Origin: a virus
DNA: 64,000 nt
Virus record (IMG/VR): IMGVR_UViG_3300047319_001031
Coordinates: 4,754-68,753 of that record
Reading direction: 5' to 3' (one strand)
Positions 10,201-18,115 of this stretch are shown here, in pieces (the stretch's first letter is position 1; each line of letters starts with the position of its first letter). Below the pieces are notes generated by a model, which was given only the letters and a program-made list of their open reading frames with translations, did no database searches and was not told the origin of the DNA. Both the position numbers and the translations under genes were made by a program.

Positions 10201-13200
10201 AAGGAAGAAGCAGACCTCGCCATGAAGTCGTTGTCTGCTGATCAGAAAGCGCGCTGGCAGGCGCGAGTGGAGCGGATGGCGGCGTCGGCCAAACTCATGG
10301 ACGAGATGGCCACCATTCGGGACGAAATCGAAAAGAAGGACAAGAAGCGAGAGGGCAGGACGGCACGCAACGTTCAGCAGGAAGCGGACGATCGGCTGGA
10401 CGACGAGCAAAAACTGCAAGCGATCGACGAGAGCGTTAAGGGCTGGGTGAAAGTCACCAGCGAGTTGGGTACGCACTGGGTGGTGGAAGGGCACGAAAAG
10501 CAAGTGCTCGATGCGATGGCTGCAGCTGCCAATCGTGATGCGATCCAGAGCCGCGGATTGTCAGGGATCTCCGACGCCGCGCTGGGTGCCAAAGTGGCTT
10601 TGACGCCGCACGCTGGCACCATCATGGAACACCTCGCCAAGACGCACAACAATCCGTTGATGCGCGTCGTGGCCAAGATGCTCGCCAAAGCCAATCCGAA
10701 CGCCGAGATCGTCGAGATTCCGGGTGCTGCGTTCAATGGCGGTCGCTATGTGCCATCGAGCCACAGGATTGAAATCGGTCGCGGTGGCATGAACCCGATT
10801 ACGTTGATGCATGAGACGGTGCACTCGCTCGCGCATGCAGCGATCTATCGCGCCATGGACAATCTCACTCGACCGTTCGCTGAACTGCACCCGCAAGAGC
10901 GAAAGGAAATGGAAGGGCTGCAGGTTATTCGCAATGCGATGGATGCGTTCGCCAAGGTAGCCGACTACAGCCGTGAGGATCATCGGCTGGCGTTGGATAA
11001 CGAGCACGAATTTCTGGCCGAAGCTCTGAATAACCCGCACATTCAGGAAGCATTGGGTGGCCGGTCCGGCTGGTATGGACGAGTCGTGAATTGGGTGCGC
11101 TCGTTGTTCGGCAAGGATGCGATCAACCAGACGGATTTCGAAAAGCTGATGGACGTTACACCGTCGCTGTTCGGTAGTCCGAATCGCAGCCTTACGGAAG
11201 TGTTCAACAGCAACCTTAATCGGGCCGAGAAGATTCCCGGTTCGCCGCCGCAGTTGATTGGGGAGACGAAGGCCGCGTTCTCCAAGGCCGCTGAGCTGAT
11301 GTCACAGGCCCGCAAATTGGTGCCCTCGGACCTGGATCTGAAGGCGCTTGCCTTGTGGCTTAAGGGCACGACGGTCAACAATAAGCAGCACATGCTGCGT
11401 AATTATCGCGAGCGGGTGGTTCGAGAATTCCCGAAAGTGGCGCCCCTATTCGACCGGGTGATTGCTGCGCATGACGCTATTCAACGGGTGACCCAGAGTC
11501 GCAATGCCGGTACGCAGCATTTGATGAATGCACCGGGAGAAGGAAACGATCAGGTACGCGAAGCGGCCAAGTTCGCACACGAGAATAAACAGCAGGCACG
11601 GGAGATGTTCGAACTGCAACGTCGTGAACGTGACGCGGGGGTATTTTCCGGCGACACATGGAAGCAGGCTGAGGCACGTGGCGTTACCCGAGACATGTTC
11701 AACAGTCCGCTCGCTGTCGAAAACCGGACCAAGATGGCAGCCATGCGTGCGCGCGATCTCGCGCGTTTCGAAAAGGAATTTGCTGCAGCCAAAAACCTGA
11801 ACCCAGCGCTTACCAAAGACACGTGGAATGGCCCGCTTACGGCAACTCGTGTGTACGACCACATGGCTACCTATCATGAGCTGACGCTGCAGCGCACCGC
11901 CATGGAGCAGTTGGCAGCGATGCGCAAGACGTGGGGTCTGAACACTGACCCGAGTCTTTACTGGAAGGCGCATACCTACGGTAAAGACAACCGGGCGATT
12001 ACCGATCCGCGTGTACAGCTGCAGAATGTGAAGGCTGCCATTGCGAGATCGCGCGCTGCGACGGCTGCCGCAATAGAAAAAGCGGGCTTTGATCCGAAGT
12101 CCAAGTTTGGTCAGGACGTCACTTCCTACCGTGAAGCGTCCGAGTCGATGCTCAACGAAGCCAATCGACAGGCCAATGTTCCGTACTCACCTCGTACGCG
12201 TCCGGGCGAATTTTTCCTGCACGCTGAGATTGCCGATAAGCCCGGACTCTACGAGCGTGTGCGTTCGATTGTGCGCCCTGAGTTTGATCCCAAAAATCCC
12301 AATGCCGGTGGTCTCGGTCGCGACATGGGACCCGAGCTGAAGGGCGGCAGCCGCACGATTCGCATGCACTTCGACAATGAAGGGCAGCTGAAATATGCGG
12401 AGCAGCGGCTGCAAGCGTTGCGCGATGAGGGAGCGTTTCACACCAAGGCGAAGGAGGGTTTGCCGAGTGAGGACACGTTTGCTTCGGGTACGGTCATTGG
12501 CGATGCCAAACCGCATGAGGGTGCTACTGCAGGCTGGGTGCGCGCGTTCGAAAAACGTATTGATGACAACCCGGACTGGAAGGGCGACGTCAAACAGCAA
12601 ATGAAGCAGGAGGTGCGGCAGGCGTACATCAACAGTTTGACCGAGATGAATCCGCTCAAGGCGCTAAAACACGCCGACAAATCGGCTGGTGCCAGCACTG
12701 ACATGGTGCGCGGATACTCCGATCGTTTGCAGCGTGGTACCACCCAGTTGTCGGCTATTCGTGCCGCATCGCTTATGGGTGATGCGATGAATCAGCTTAA
12801 TAATGCGATGGGGGAAATTGAAAAGCAGCCGGCGAATTTTACCGAGCATAAAAATAAACTTGCGGTATTTGCGACGGAAGCCAAACGTCGCGTTGACGAT
12901 ACGCGGACCGCGGTCAATACGCCGTTTCGGGATGCCATCAGGGCCATCGCAGCGCCGTTCCGACTGGCGCTTTCACCTGCGTATCTGATGATGACCGCGT
13001 ACCAACCGTGGCAAATGACGCTGCCGTGGCTTGGTGGCAAGCACGGCTACGTCACAAGCGCGGCGACCATGGCACGTAACTACGGTGTCTCGCACGCGAT
13101 GATGAGCGCCATGATCACGGACGCGTATCAAAACAGTTCCGGCACGAGCAAATTCCAGAAGCTCGTTGATGCCGCTAATCCCGCGGCGTACTTCAGCAAC

Positions 13201-14676
13201 ATCAAGCGAGCAGACGGCACGTACTTGTTTGATGGAGCGAAGCTGGAAGCGGTCAATCGGCTTGCGGAGTCTGGTCTGACTGCGTTCGGTCAGTACAACC
13301 AGATCTGGCGTCCGCAAACGACCGAAGGATTCGAGGCCGCGAAAGGTGGGCTGCAGCAAGCCAATCGTCTTGCGTCGCTGCTTCCGCATTACGTCGAGAT
13401 GTCGAATCGCATCGTGGCGTACCTGTCTGCACACGAGCTATATCTCACCAAGGGCATCAAGTACGCGGAGGGGGCTACCAAGGCAGAGCGGGCGAAAGCG
13501 CGCGACGACATGATGAACGCCGCGTCGGCGGAACAGAAACGGGCGGCAGAGGAATACGCACTCGGCATGATCCGTGATACGGACGGTGATCATTCGCAAG
13601 GCAATATCGCGCGCATGTTCGGACGGCACGGCTTTATTGGCGGATCGACGCCACTGGTTGTCGGCTTCGGTCAGTACGATCTGCAGATGGTCGAGTCGAT
13701 GATCCGCAGCATGGTTACAGCAGCGGGTAGGGGCGACATTAAGAACACAGGAGCCAAGGTCGCTGCGAAGCAACTGGCCGGCGTCGTCGCGATGACATCA
13801 CTCATGGCCGGTACGCTGGGCGCACCGTTCATGGGACTCATGACCGGCCTGTGGAATCGTCTTGGTTCGATGTTTCAGGATGATGCCGACACGCCACCAG
13901 ACTTCGAGAAAAGCTGGCGTGACGCGATGGAAGGAATTTTCGGTGAGAAGGGTGGCGAGATTGTGTCGCGAGGTCTGCCACATCTGCTCGACTTCGACAT
14001 GAGCCAGCGCTCCGGTTATCAGGATCTCGCGCCGTTTACTAACTTCCTCACTGATCGTCAGAAGATCGACGACACGATCAAAACGCAGGCGATGAATTTT
14101 CTCGGCCCAGCCGTGGGCGTGGGTGTGGGGGTCGCCACAGGTTCAGCTGCTGCCATTCGTGGCAACTGGCCGCAAGCCATTGACGATGCGTTGCCAGCGT
14201 TTGCTCGCAATCTTTTCAAGGCGGGGCGTTTGGCGGCGTATGGGTATGAGCGCAAGAGTGATGGCAATGCGCCGATTCCGTTGCATGTGTCGACATGGAA
14301 CGTGGTCATGCAGGCGGGTGGTTTTGGTTCGGCAGCAAAAGAAGAAGAAGGAGAGATGCAGAATTATTGGAACGTCAACCAAGCCATCATGCAGCAGCGG
14401 ATTGCCAAGATTCGCAACAAGTGGCTGGTTGCGCAGGATCACGGTGATGCTGCTGGTGTGGGCGATGCAATGGAAGATCTTGTTCACATCGCTGAGGTAC
14501 AGCCGCAGTACGCAGGTGCTCCTAGCTCGGTCGGACCAGCGTACAAGGCGCGACAGCAGGCGGTGGCGCTGGGTCAAATGACTGGTGGTGTAGGAGTGCA
14601 CAAACGTGCCTTGCCGTTCTTCATGCAGTTTCAGGGTGCCAATCACTACCCTGAGCTGGCAGCACCGAACTACTGA
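7243..14676 (+). CDS. giant internal virion (polyvalent-type) protein with zincin HExxH motif
   Basis: 2477 aa; MHETVHS...EHEFLAEA; PYSPRTRPGEF resembles the PLxRFG motif; hydrophobic Gly/Ala termini. Start is GTG, exact start uncertain. Confidence 0.75.
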   Translation: MPTPDDYPQLQPLPFTASPETTAFVRRAMANMPPPPQPVAPVPPTRPNSLLTDIGHGFAGGAMVDLPEMIGHAAQAFTPDDSAVNRLGASMVKFGKEREELPQYQTTGAFGAGARFVVPALGGLAATAAAAPVVGTTAAGALSTAALGALFGGSTYQDIKERGLAAGTDPDVVHAQAVKGGLVQGIGQGLAQMVGGRVLAGAGGALVNKVIAKGGVDNAIQSFTNPGFLKPFGKTMLEMAGVQLPLQAGTSAAMNEIEEGAGINTGQTSWEAAKASLAPTAAMTMLLSPVGAWGVRASNKVKARTAELVSGTDPTATQEQRKVALAAMAKEMRKTAPLQDVTEWQQQAELAILNDKPVGMKADFKYTPDAEPTPPLALPGPRTALPSAVPLEQAGGTAEQAADENAARIQAARDAEEERLAALRGGPPTEPPAEPPGPGGAGPGGVPPMEESAAAATARTPKDKIAAQVGAQVGLQGEPTAREIPPRQTLLERVPRAPESTRLLDLPQEATKQEQVDDLKKNFLPTAPKDLIARLIGPLEEMPAKIKQLWTEKGGETSDATYVKHLGDLYKRITGEEINAEGMKDEGAARNEPSEVAPEERARTEPEPAPVQAEPEAAPRPVEVAQAQGDAGTGGEARAAAQEPALTKEAKAKAAKAANDAEVTGSVTDLRQYRAQDKATRQEAESLVAEAREALTTGQLSLEEVEAARGATPLDTMRNLNTVLAKIRNKGRAGAANDEPAPVPKQTKEEKAKAAKAAKVSEETRHEPPTAEEGARALAEGQPADEGIFPRAGGTDAVIPGQEERGGEPQGGTGGGEAAGAGAGDRTVGVAEGGTEAQGGEQNAQVREQRRADNRRFRAHGDLAAYDAKTQALIAEANALEKRDPESPDLRRKRLEIGRRMNEGRKELHRRAIDANAEADRVRDKWKEPGWDAGNALYAMPNALNENNHADTLSFLAARELLGEKLSDEEKALLSNRGIEKKGTRAKEEADLAMKSLSADQKARWQARVERMAASAKLMDEMATIRDEIEKKDKKREGRTARNVQQEADDRLDDEQKLQAIDESVKGWVKVTSELGTHWVVEGHEKQVLDAMAAAANRDAIQSRGLSGISDAALGAKVALTPHAGTIMEHLAKTHNNPLMRVVAKMLAKANPNAEIVEIPGAAFNGGRYVPSSHRIEIGRGGMNPITLMHETVHSLAHAAIYRAMDNLTRPFAELHPQERKEMEGLQVIRNAMDAFAKVADYSREDHRLALDNEHEFLAEALNNPHIQEALGGRSGWYGRVVNWVRSLFGKDAINQTDFEKLMDVTPSLFGSPNRSLTEVFNSNLNRAEKIPGSPPQLIGETKAAFSKAAELMSQARKLVPSDLDLKALALWLKGTTVNNKQHMLRNYRERVVREFPKVAPLFDRVIAAHDAIQRVTQSRNAGTQHLMNAPGEGNDQVREAAKFAHENKQQAREMFELQRRERDAGVFSGDTWKQAEARGVTRDMFNSPLAVENRTKMAAMRARDLARFEKEFAAAKNLNPALTKDTWNGPLTATRVYDHMATYHELTLQRTAMEQLAAMRKTWGLNTDPSLYWKAHTYGKDNRAITDPRVQLQNVKAAIARSRAATAAAIEKAGFDPKSKFGQDVTSYREASESMLNEANRQANVPYSPRTRPGEFFLHAEIADKPGLYERVRSIVRPEFDPKNPNAGGLGRDMGPELKGGSRTIRMHFDNEGQLKYAEQRLQALRDEGAFHTKAKEGLPSEDTFASGTVIGDAKPHEGATAGWVRAFEKRIDDNPDWKGDVKQQMKQEVRQAYINSLTEMNPLKALKHADKSAGASTDMVRGYSDRLQRGTTQLSAIRAASLMGDAMNQLNNAMGEIEKQPANFTEHKNKLAVFATEAKRRVDDTRTAVNTPFRDAIRAIAAPFRLALSPAYLMMTAYQPWQMTLPWLGGKHGYVTSAATMARNYGVSHAMMSAMITDAYQNSSGTSKFQKLVDAANPAAYFSNIKRADGTYLFDGAKLEAVNRLAESGLTAFGQYNQIWRPQTTEGFEAAKGGLQQANRLASLLPHYVEMSNRIVAYLSAHELYLTKGIKYAEGATKAERAKARDDMMNAASAEQKRAAEEYALGMIRDTDGDHSQGNIARMFGRHGFIGGSTPLVVGFGQYDLQMVESMIRSMVTAAGRGDIKNTGAKVAAKQLAGVVAMTSLMAGTLGAPFMGLMTGLWNRLGSMFQDDADTPPDFEKSWRDAMEGIFGEKGGEIVSRGLPHLLDFDMSQRSGYQDLAPFTNFLTDRQKIDDTIKTQAMNFLGPAVGVGVGVATGSAAAIRGNWPQAIDDALPAFARNLFKAGRLAAYGYERKSDGNAPIPLHVSTWNVVMQAGGFGSAAKEEEGEMQNYWNVNQAIMQQRIAKIRNKWLVAQDHGDAAGVGDAMEDLVHIAEVQPQYAGAPSSVGPAYKARQQAVALGQMTGGVGVHKRALPFFMQFQGANHYPELAAPNY
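8996..9181 (+). CDS. possible nested +1-frame Lys/Pro-rich protein (61 aa)
   Basis: AAGGA 7 nt before the ATG; inside the low-complexity part of the giant ORF. Confidence 0.35.
   Translation: MKAPLVTSPVKLPPKSVHGPNPNQPPFKLSPKLPPVLSKWLKRKGMPEPGAKLAQLRKNLR
9629..9781 (+). CDS. nested +1-frame small basic protein (50 aa)
   Basis: AGGAGGT at 9618-9624; MPLFPGKKNVGANLKAELAAGKPRGQALAIALS resembles a common phage small-protein pattern. Confidence 0.65.
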   Translation: MPLFPGKKNVGANLKAELAAGKPRGQALAIALSASRRGAPKPKAGSKTPK

Positions 14677-14685
14677 GGAAGCCCC

Positions 14686-14826
14686 ATGCCATTGACGAAA
14701 GAAGAACTGTCCGCTGCGGTAGCAAATCTGTGGGGCAAGATTGCACGGCACATGTACGTCGTTCTCGTGCTGGAAGCTGTTGCCGCTTTGGTCGTTGGCT
14801 ATCTTGTTGGTCGTGCGGGGCACTGA
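14686..14826 (+). CDS. small single-TM membrane protein (46 aa)
   Basis: GAGGA RBS; MPLTKEELSAAVANLWGKIARHMYVVLVLEAVAALVVGYLVGRAGH. Confidence 0.6.
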   Translation: MPLTKEELSAAVANLWGKIARHMYVVLVLEAVAALVVGYLVGRAGH

Positions 14827-14829
14827 CTT

Positions 14830-15441
14830 ATGGCTGCTAAACAACTGGATCTGGTGATCGAGCAGGGCAAGACATTCTCCCGGGTGATTCGGTGGGAGAC
14901 AGAAAACCTTGTTTGGCGGGCGATCACGGCGATTGATCAGGTTGCACCTATGCGGGTTACGTCGCTTGCGCACGGCATACCGGATGGCTGGCGCGCGGCG
15001 ATCACGGATGTGGTCGGCATGCTGCAGGCCAACGCGCTGCACACGCCGCCATGGGACAACGAGCTGCAGCTGGTGGCGTTTGCCGGCGCCAGCGCTGTGC
15101 TGTTCCCCAACGTCTCGGCCGCGAGCTTCGATCCGTACGAGTCGGGGGGCTACCTCGTGTACTACGACCCGGTGGATCTTGCCGGTATGACAGCGCGGAT
15201 GAAGATCAAGGATCAGGTGGGTGGCAATGAGCTGGAATCGATCGTGACGAAAGCTGGCACCGGCTTCGTGATCGACGATCTGGCCAAGACCATCACGCTT
15301 ACGATCACTCCCGTGGATACGGCGTTGTTCGAGTGGCAGACCGGTGTCTACGATTTGGAAATGGTTGATGGGTCGAGTGGCGATGTCGTGGCCATTCTGT
15401 CGGGTGCGGTAACGGTCACCGAGGAAGTCACCACAGCATGA
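14830..15441 (+). CDS. tail-associated protein
   Basis: DLVIEQGKTF...DLAGMTARM...GVYDLEM (BppU-like adaptor pattern). Confidence 0.65.
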   Translation: MAAKQLDLVIEQGKTFSRVIRWETENLVWRAITAIDQVAPMRVTSLAHGIPDGWRAAITDVVGMLQANALHTPPWDNELQLVAFAGASAVLFPNVSAASFDPYESGGYLVYYDPVDLAGMTARMKIKDQVGGNELESIVTKAGTGFVIDDLAKTITLTITPVDTALFEWQTGVYDLEMVDGSSGDVVAILSGAVTVTEEVTTA

Positions 15442-15635
15442 AAATTGACATGGTGAACGTCCCTGAGTTGTGGGACGTCCCGAACGCTATCGAAGCACAG
15501 ATTGTGATCACCAGAGTGCCATGTGGTACGTGTTACACCACGGCGTTTTACGATGTGCGGAACGTTCTGCTACGGCAGGATCAGCACGTCGTCGTGGACA
15601 AGTTCCAATCGCTTAACGGCGCAGCGTCTCTCTAG
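15438..15635 (+). CDS. hypothetical protein
   Basis: ATGA coupling. Confidence 0.55.
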   Translation: MKIDMVNVPELWDVPNAIEAQIVITRVPCGTCYTTAFYDVRNVLLRQDQHVVVDKFQSLNGAASL

Positions 15636-15647
15636 GGAGTAGCGACT

Positions 15648-16088
15648 ATGGCCTTTACCGGCAGCTATATGTGCACGAGCTTCAAAGCCGAGCTGGCCAA
15701 GGCCCAGCATAACTTCTCGGCGGCTGGGGGTCACTCGTTCAAGATCGCGCTCTATGACAACACGGCGACGTTGAACGCTGCGACAACGGCGTACACCAGC
15801 GCGGGCGAACTTGCGGCTGCGGGTGGGTACGGGACGGGCGGGCAGGCACTGGCGGCGAACATTGATCCAACGACGGGTGGCACGACCGCGTTCTGGAGCT
15901 GGACCGCCAATCCGCAGTGGGTGACGGCAACGTTCACAACGTACGGCGCGCTGATCTACAACTTCACCAACAGCAACAAGGCCGTCGCAGTGCTCGACTT
16001 CGGTGGTGCGAAGCCGGTGTCGTCGGGTACGTTCACGATCGTGCTGCCGACCAACGACGCCAGCAATGCCATTCTACGCATCGCTTGA
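15648..16088 (+). CDS. tail/virion structural protein
   Basis: MCTSFKAEL...FKIALY...AVAVLDFGG pattern; GGAG RBS. Confidence 0.75.
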   Translation: MAFTGSYMCTSFKAELAKAQHNFSAAGGHSFKIALYDNTATLNAATTAYTSAGELAAAGGYGTGGQALAANIDPTTGGTTAFWSWTANPQWVTATFTTYGALIYNFTNSNKAVAVLDFGGAKPVSSGTFTIVLPTNDASNAILRIA

Positions 16089-16196
16089 TTGGGACTGGGC
16101 GGATCTCGCGATGGCAGCGCCGTTGGTCTTGCTGATGCCGATTCTTGCGCTCTATGTTTTGCGGTGTAAGCGCAAGCGCAAATCGAAGGAATAGTC

Positions 16197-16367
16197 ATGA
16201 CGGTCACCCACAAGTTCGCCTCAGTCATCAGCGACGCTGCTGACACCACACTGGTGCGCCCGTCGAACTGGAACGATACGCACACTGTGCTGATCAACGA
16301 TGTTGTGGAGGTCCCGGTTGCCGCCTCTGCGCTGATGGTAGCTGCCGCGCTTAACGGAGCGTTCTAA
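16197..16367 (+). CDS. small tail-associated protein (56 aa)
   Basis: AAGGA RBS; THKF...VRPSNWNDTH; TAATG overlap with the next gene. Confidence 0.65.
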   Translation: MTVTHKFASVISDAADTTLVRPSNWNDTHTVLINDVVEVPVAASALMVAAALNGAF

Positions 16368-16762
16368 TGCCCGCCAACGTCAACGCGATCTTTCCGGTAA
16401 CGCCTAACTGGGGCGTAGCTGCACTCTCGACGGGTCTCACAACGCGCACGGTGGTCGGTGTCGCAGGGCTAACGTTGCTGCTGGCAGCGGGTGGGAACGG
16501 TACGCGGGTTGACAGCATCACCATGCTTGCAACGGGCACGACCACGGCGGGTGTCATTCGCTTGTGGAAGTACAGTGGATCGGGCAACGCAGCGCTGGTT
16601 TCCGAGACGCTGGTAACCGCTGTTGTTCCGTCGACGAGTCAGGCTGTGTGGTCAGCTGAACAAGCCCCAGTTAACTACGCGCTTGAAGCTGGTGAGAGCT
16701 TGTATGCGTCGACGCATAACTCCGAGGGCTTCAACGTTCATGCGCGTGGTGGCGATTACTAG
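16367..16762 (+). CDS. virion structural protein
   Basis: AGGNGTRVDSI...GGDY beta-rich. Confidence 0.7.
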   Translation: MPANVNAIFPVTPNWGVAALSTGLTTRTVVGVAGLTLLLAAGGNGTRVDSITMLATGTTTAGVIRLWKYSGSGNAALVSETLVTAVVPSTSQAVWSAEQAPVNYALEAGESLYASTHNSEGFNVHARGGDY

Positions 16763-16764
16763 CC

Positions 16765-17949
16765 ATGTTTCCACAGGCAGCACCTGCCGGTTGCCTCAGC
16801 GTCAACGGCGACCTGATCTTCAACAAGCCGAAGAGCCGGGTTACGATTTTTGCACAAGGCAGTCGGGCTGAAGCGCGCACAATATTTACCGCTGCGCCGG
16901 GACAGAATGCCATCTTTGGCGCTATGCCCGGCTCCGGTGCGCCTACTGCCGGGATTCAGGTGTACAGCGTCAATCTGGATTCTGCATTGCCGGGCGGATT
17001 TCGTTATGGCGATCTTCGTGCAACACCCGGCTTCATTCAGCTTACTTGCGCGGCGCTTGGTCCAGATAGTGGTGGTACGGGAGCGCCGACGCCGTGGCCA
17101 CTTCGTTTTTTGGTAAATGGTCGGCAGCACATTATTGGTATTGACGGTTCGTGGAGCTTCAACGGTGGTCAGACGATTCTCGACACGAATGGCAATCTTG
17201 GATTAGGCGTTGCACCCGCAGTAAAACTTGAGATTGGACCGGGCGGGATGCTGCAATTCGATTCACCCGGGGGAAATTCGTTTCGTAATGGGTACCCCAA
17301 CAGCGATCTGCTGCTGACGTGGAATTTCAACGCTGGCGCTACGATCATGTCGTTGGACAATGCTGGCAATCTTGCGATTGCGGGTACGTTTAACGCGGCG
17401 GGTGGCGTTACTGGTTTGCCTACTCCTGCAATGGTGCGAATCGCACAAGTGGTGTGCGCCGGTTCGCAGACGACCGTAGATTTTTCTGGTATCCCGGCTG
17501 GATACACCAATCTGATGGTGGTGTGGCAGGGCCGCTCGACCAGTGCGGCAGTCGGTGACAACAAAATGAAGTTGATGATAAACGGAGACACTATCTCGGG
17601 GCATTACCAAGCGGGGCAATACGGCTCGCACGCCAGCACGGTCAATACGGCCGGGACCACGGCAGCGACGACCGCGGGTGCTGACATTGGCGATATGCCG
17701 GGAACTACCTCGGTCGCCGTGGCGAGTGGCACAGGGACACTCCTTATCCCCGGTTATTCCGGCACCACCTTTGTTAAGCAAGTGCTTTCGGACAGCGTCG
17801 AGTTCTATATCAACAACACTACCGGCCTGCCGCGCGTGGTGCGTGCGTTTCAATGGTCGGTGGCATCGGCCATCAACCAATTGACTTTTTCACTGGTGGC
17901 CGGAAATTTTCTCGATGGCTCCACTTTCACTGTGTATGGATTGGCTTAG
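16765..17949 (+). CDS. tail fibre/receptor-binding protein
   Basis: NGNLGLGV..P..KLEI; C-terminal VDFSGIP.GY.NL...TVYGL; lower GC. Confidence 0.7.
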   Translation: MFPQAAPAGCLSVNGDLIFNKPKSRVTIFAQGSRAEARTIFTAAPGQNAIFGAMPGSGAPTAGIQVYSVNLDSALPGGFRYGDLRATPGFIQLTCAALGPDSGGTGAPTPWPLRFLVNGRQHIIGIDGSWSFNGGQTILDTNGNLGLGVAPAVKLEIGPGGMLQFDSPGGNSFRNGYPNSDLLLTWNFNAGATIMSLDNAGNLAIAGTFNAAGGVTGLPTPAMVRIAQVVCAGSQTTVDFSGIPAGYTNLMVVWQGRSTSAAVGDNKMKLMINGDTISGHYQAGQYGSHASTVNTAGTTAATTAGADIGDMPGTTSVAVASGTGTLLIPGYSGTTFVKQVLSDSVEFYINNTTGLPRVVRAFQWSVASAINQLTFSLVAGNFLDGSTFTVYGLA

Positions 17950-17959
17950 GAGAGGGTAG

Positions 17960-18109
17960 ATGGATCTCGTGTTACGCGTCACCGAAGAAGAAGCCAACGT
18001 CATCGTCAACGCGTTGGCCAATATGCCGTACGGCATGGTGCGCGAGCTGATGCCCAAGCTCGAAGCGCAGTTCAAAGAGCAGATGACGCTCCCCGCATTG
18101 GTGAAGTGA
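17960..18109 (+). CDS. small helical protein, possible fibre chaperone (49 aa)
   Basis: AGGAG RBS; EEANVIVNALANMPY..V. Confidence 0.6.
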   Translation: MDLVLRVTEEEANVIVNALANMPYGMVRELMPKLEAQFKEQMTLPALVK

Positions 18110-18115
18110 TCGATC

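Noticed and set aside
8500-10503. 667-aa antisense ORF
   Set aside because: Shadow of the giant gene; no RBS or recognisable motifs.
14686-14826. Holin/lysis cassette
   Set aside because: No endolysin or spanin was recognised nearby; lysis genes and terminase probably lie outside the window.
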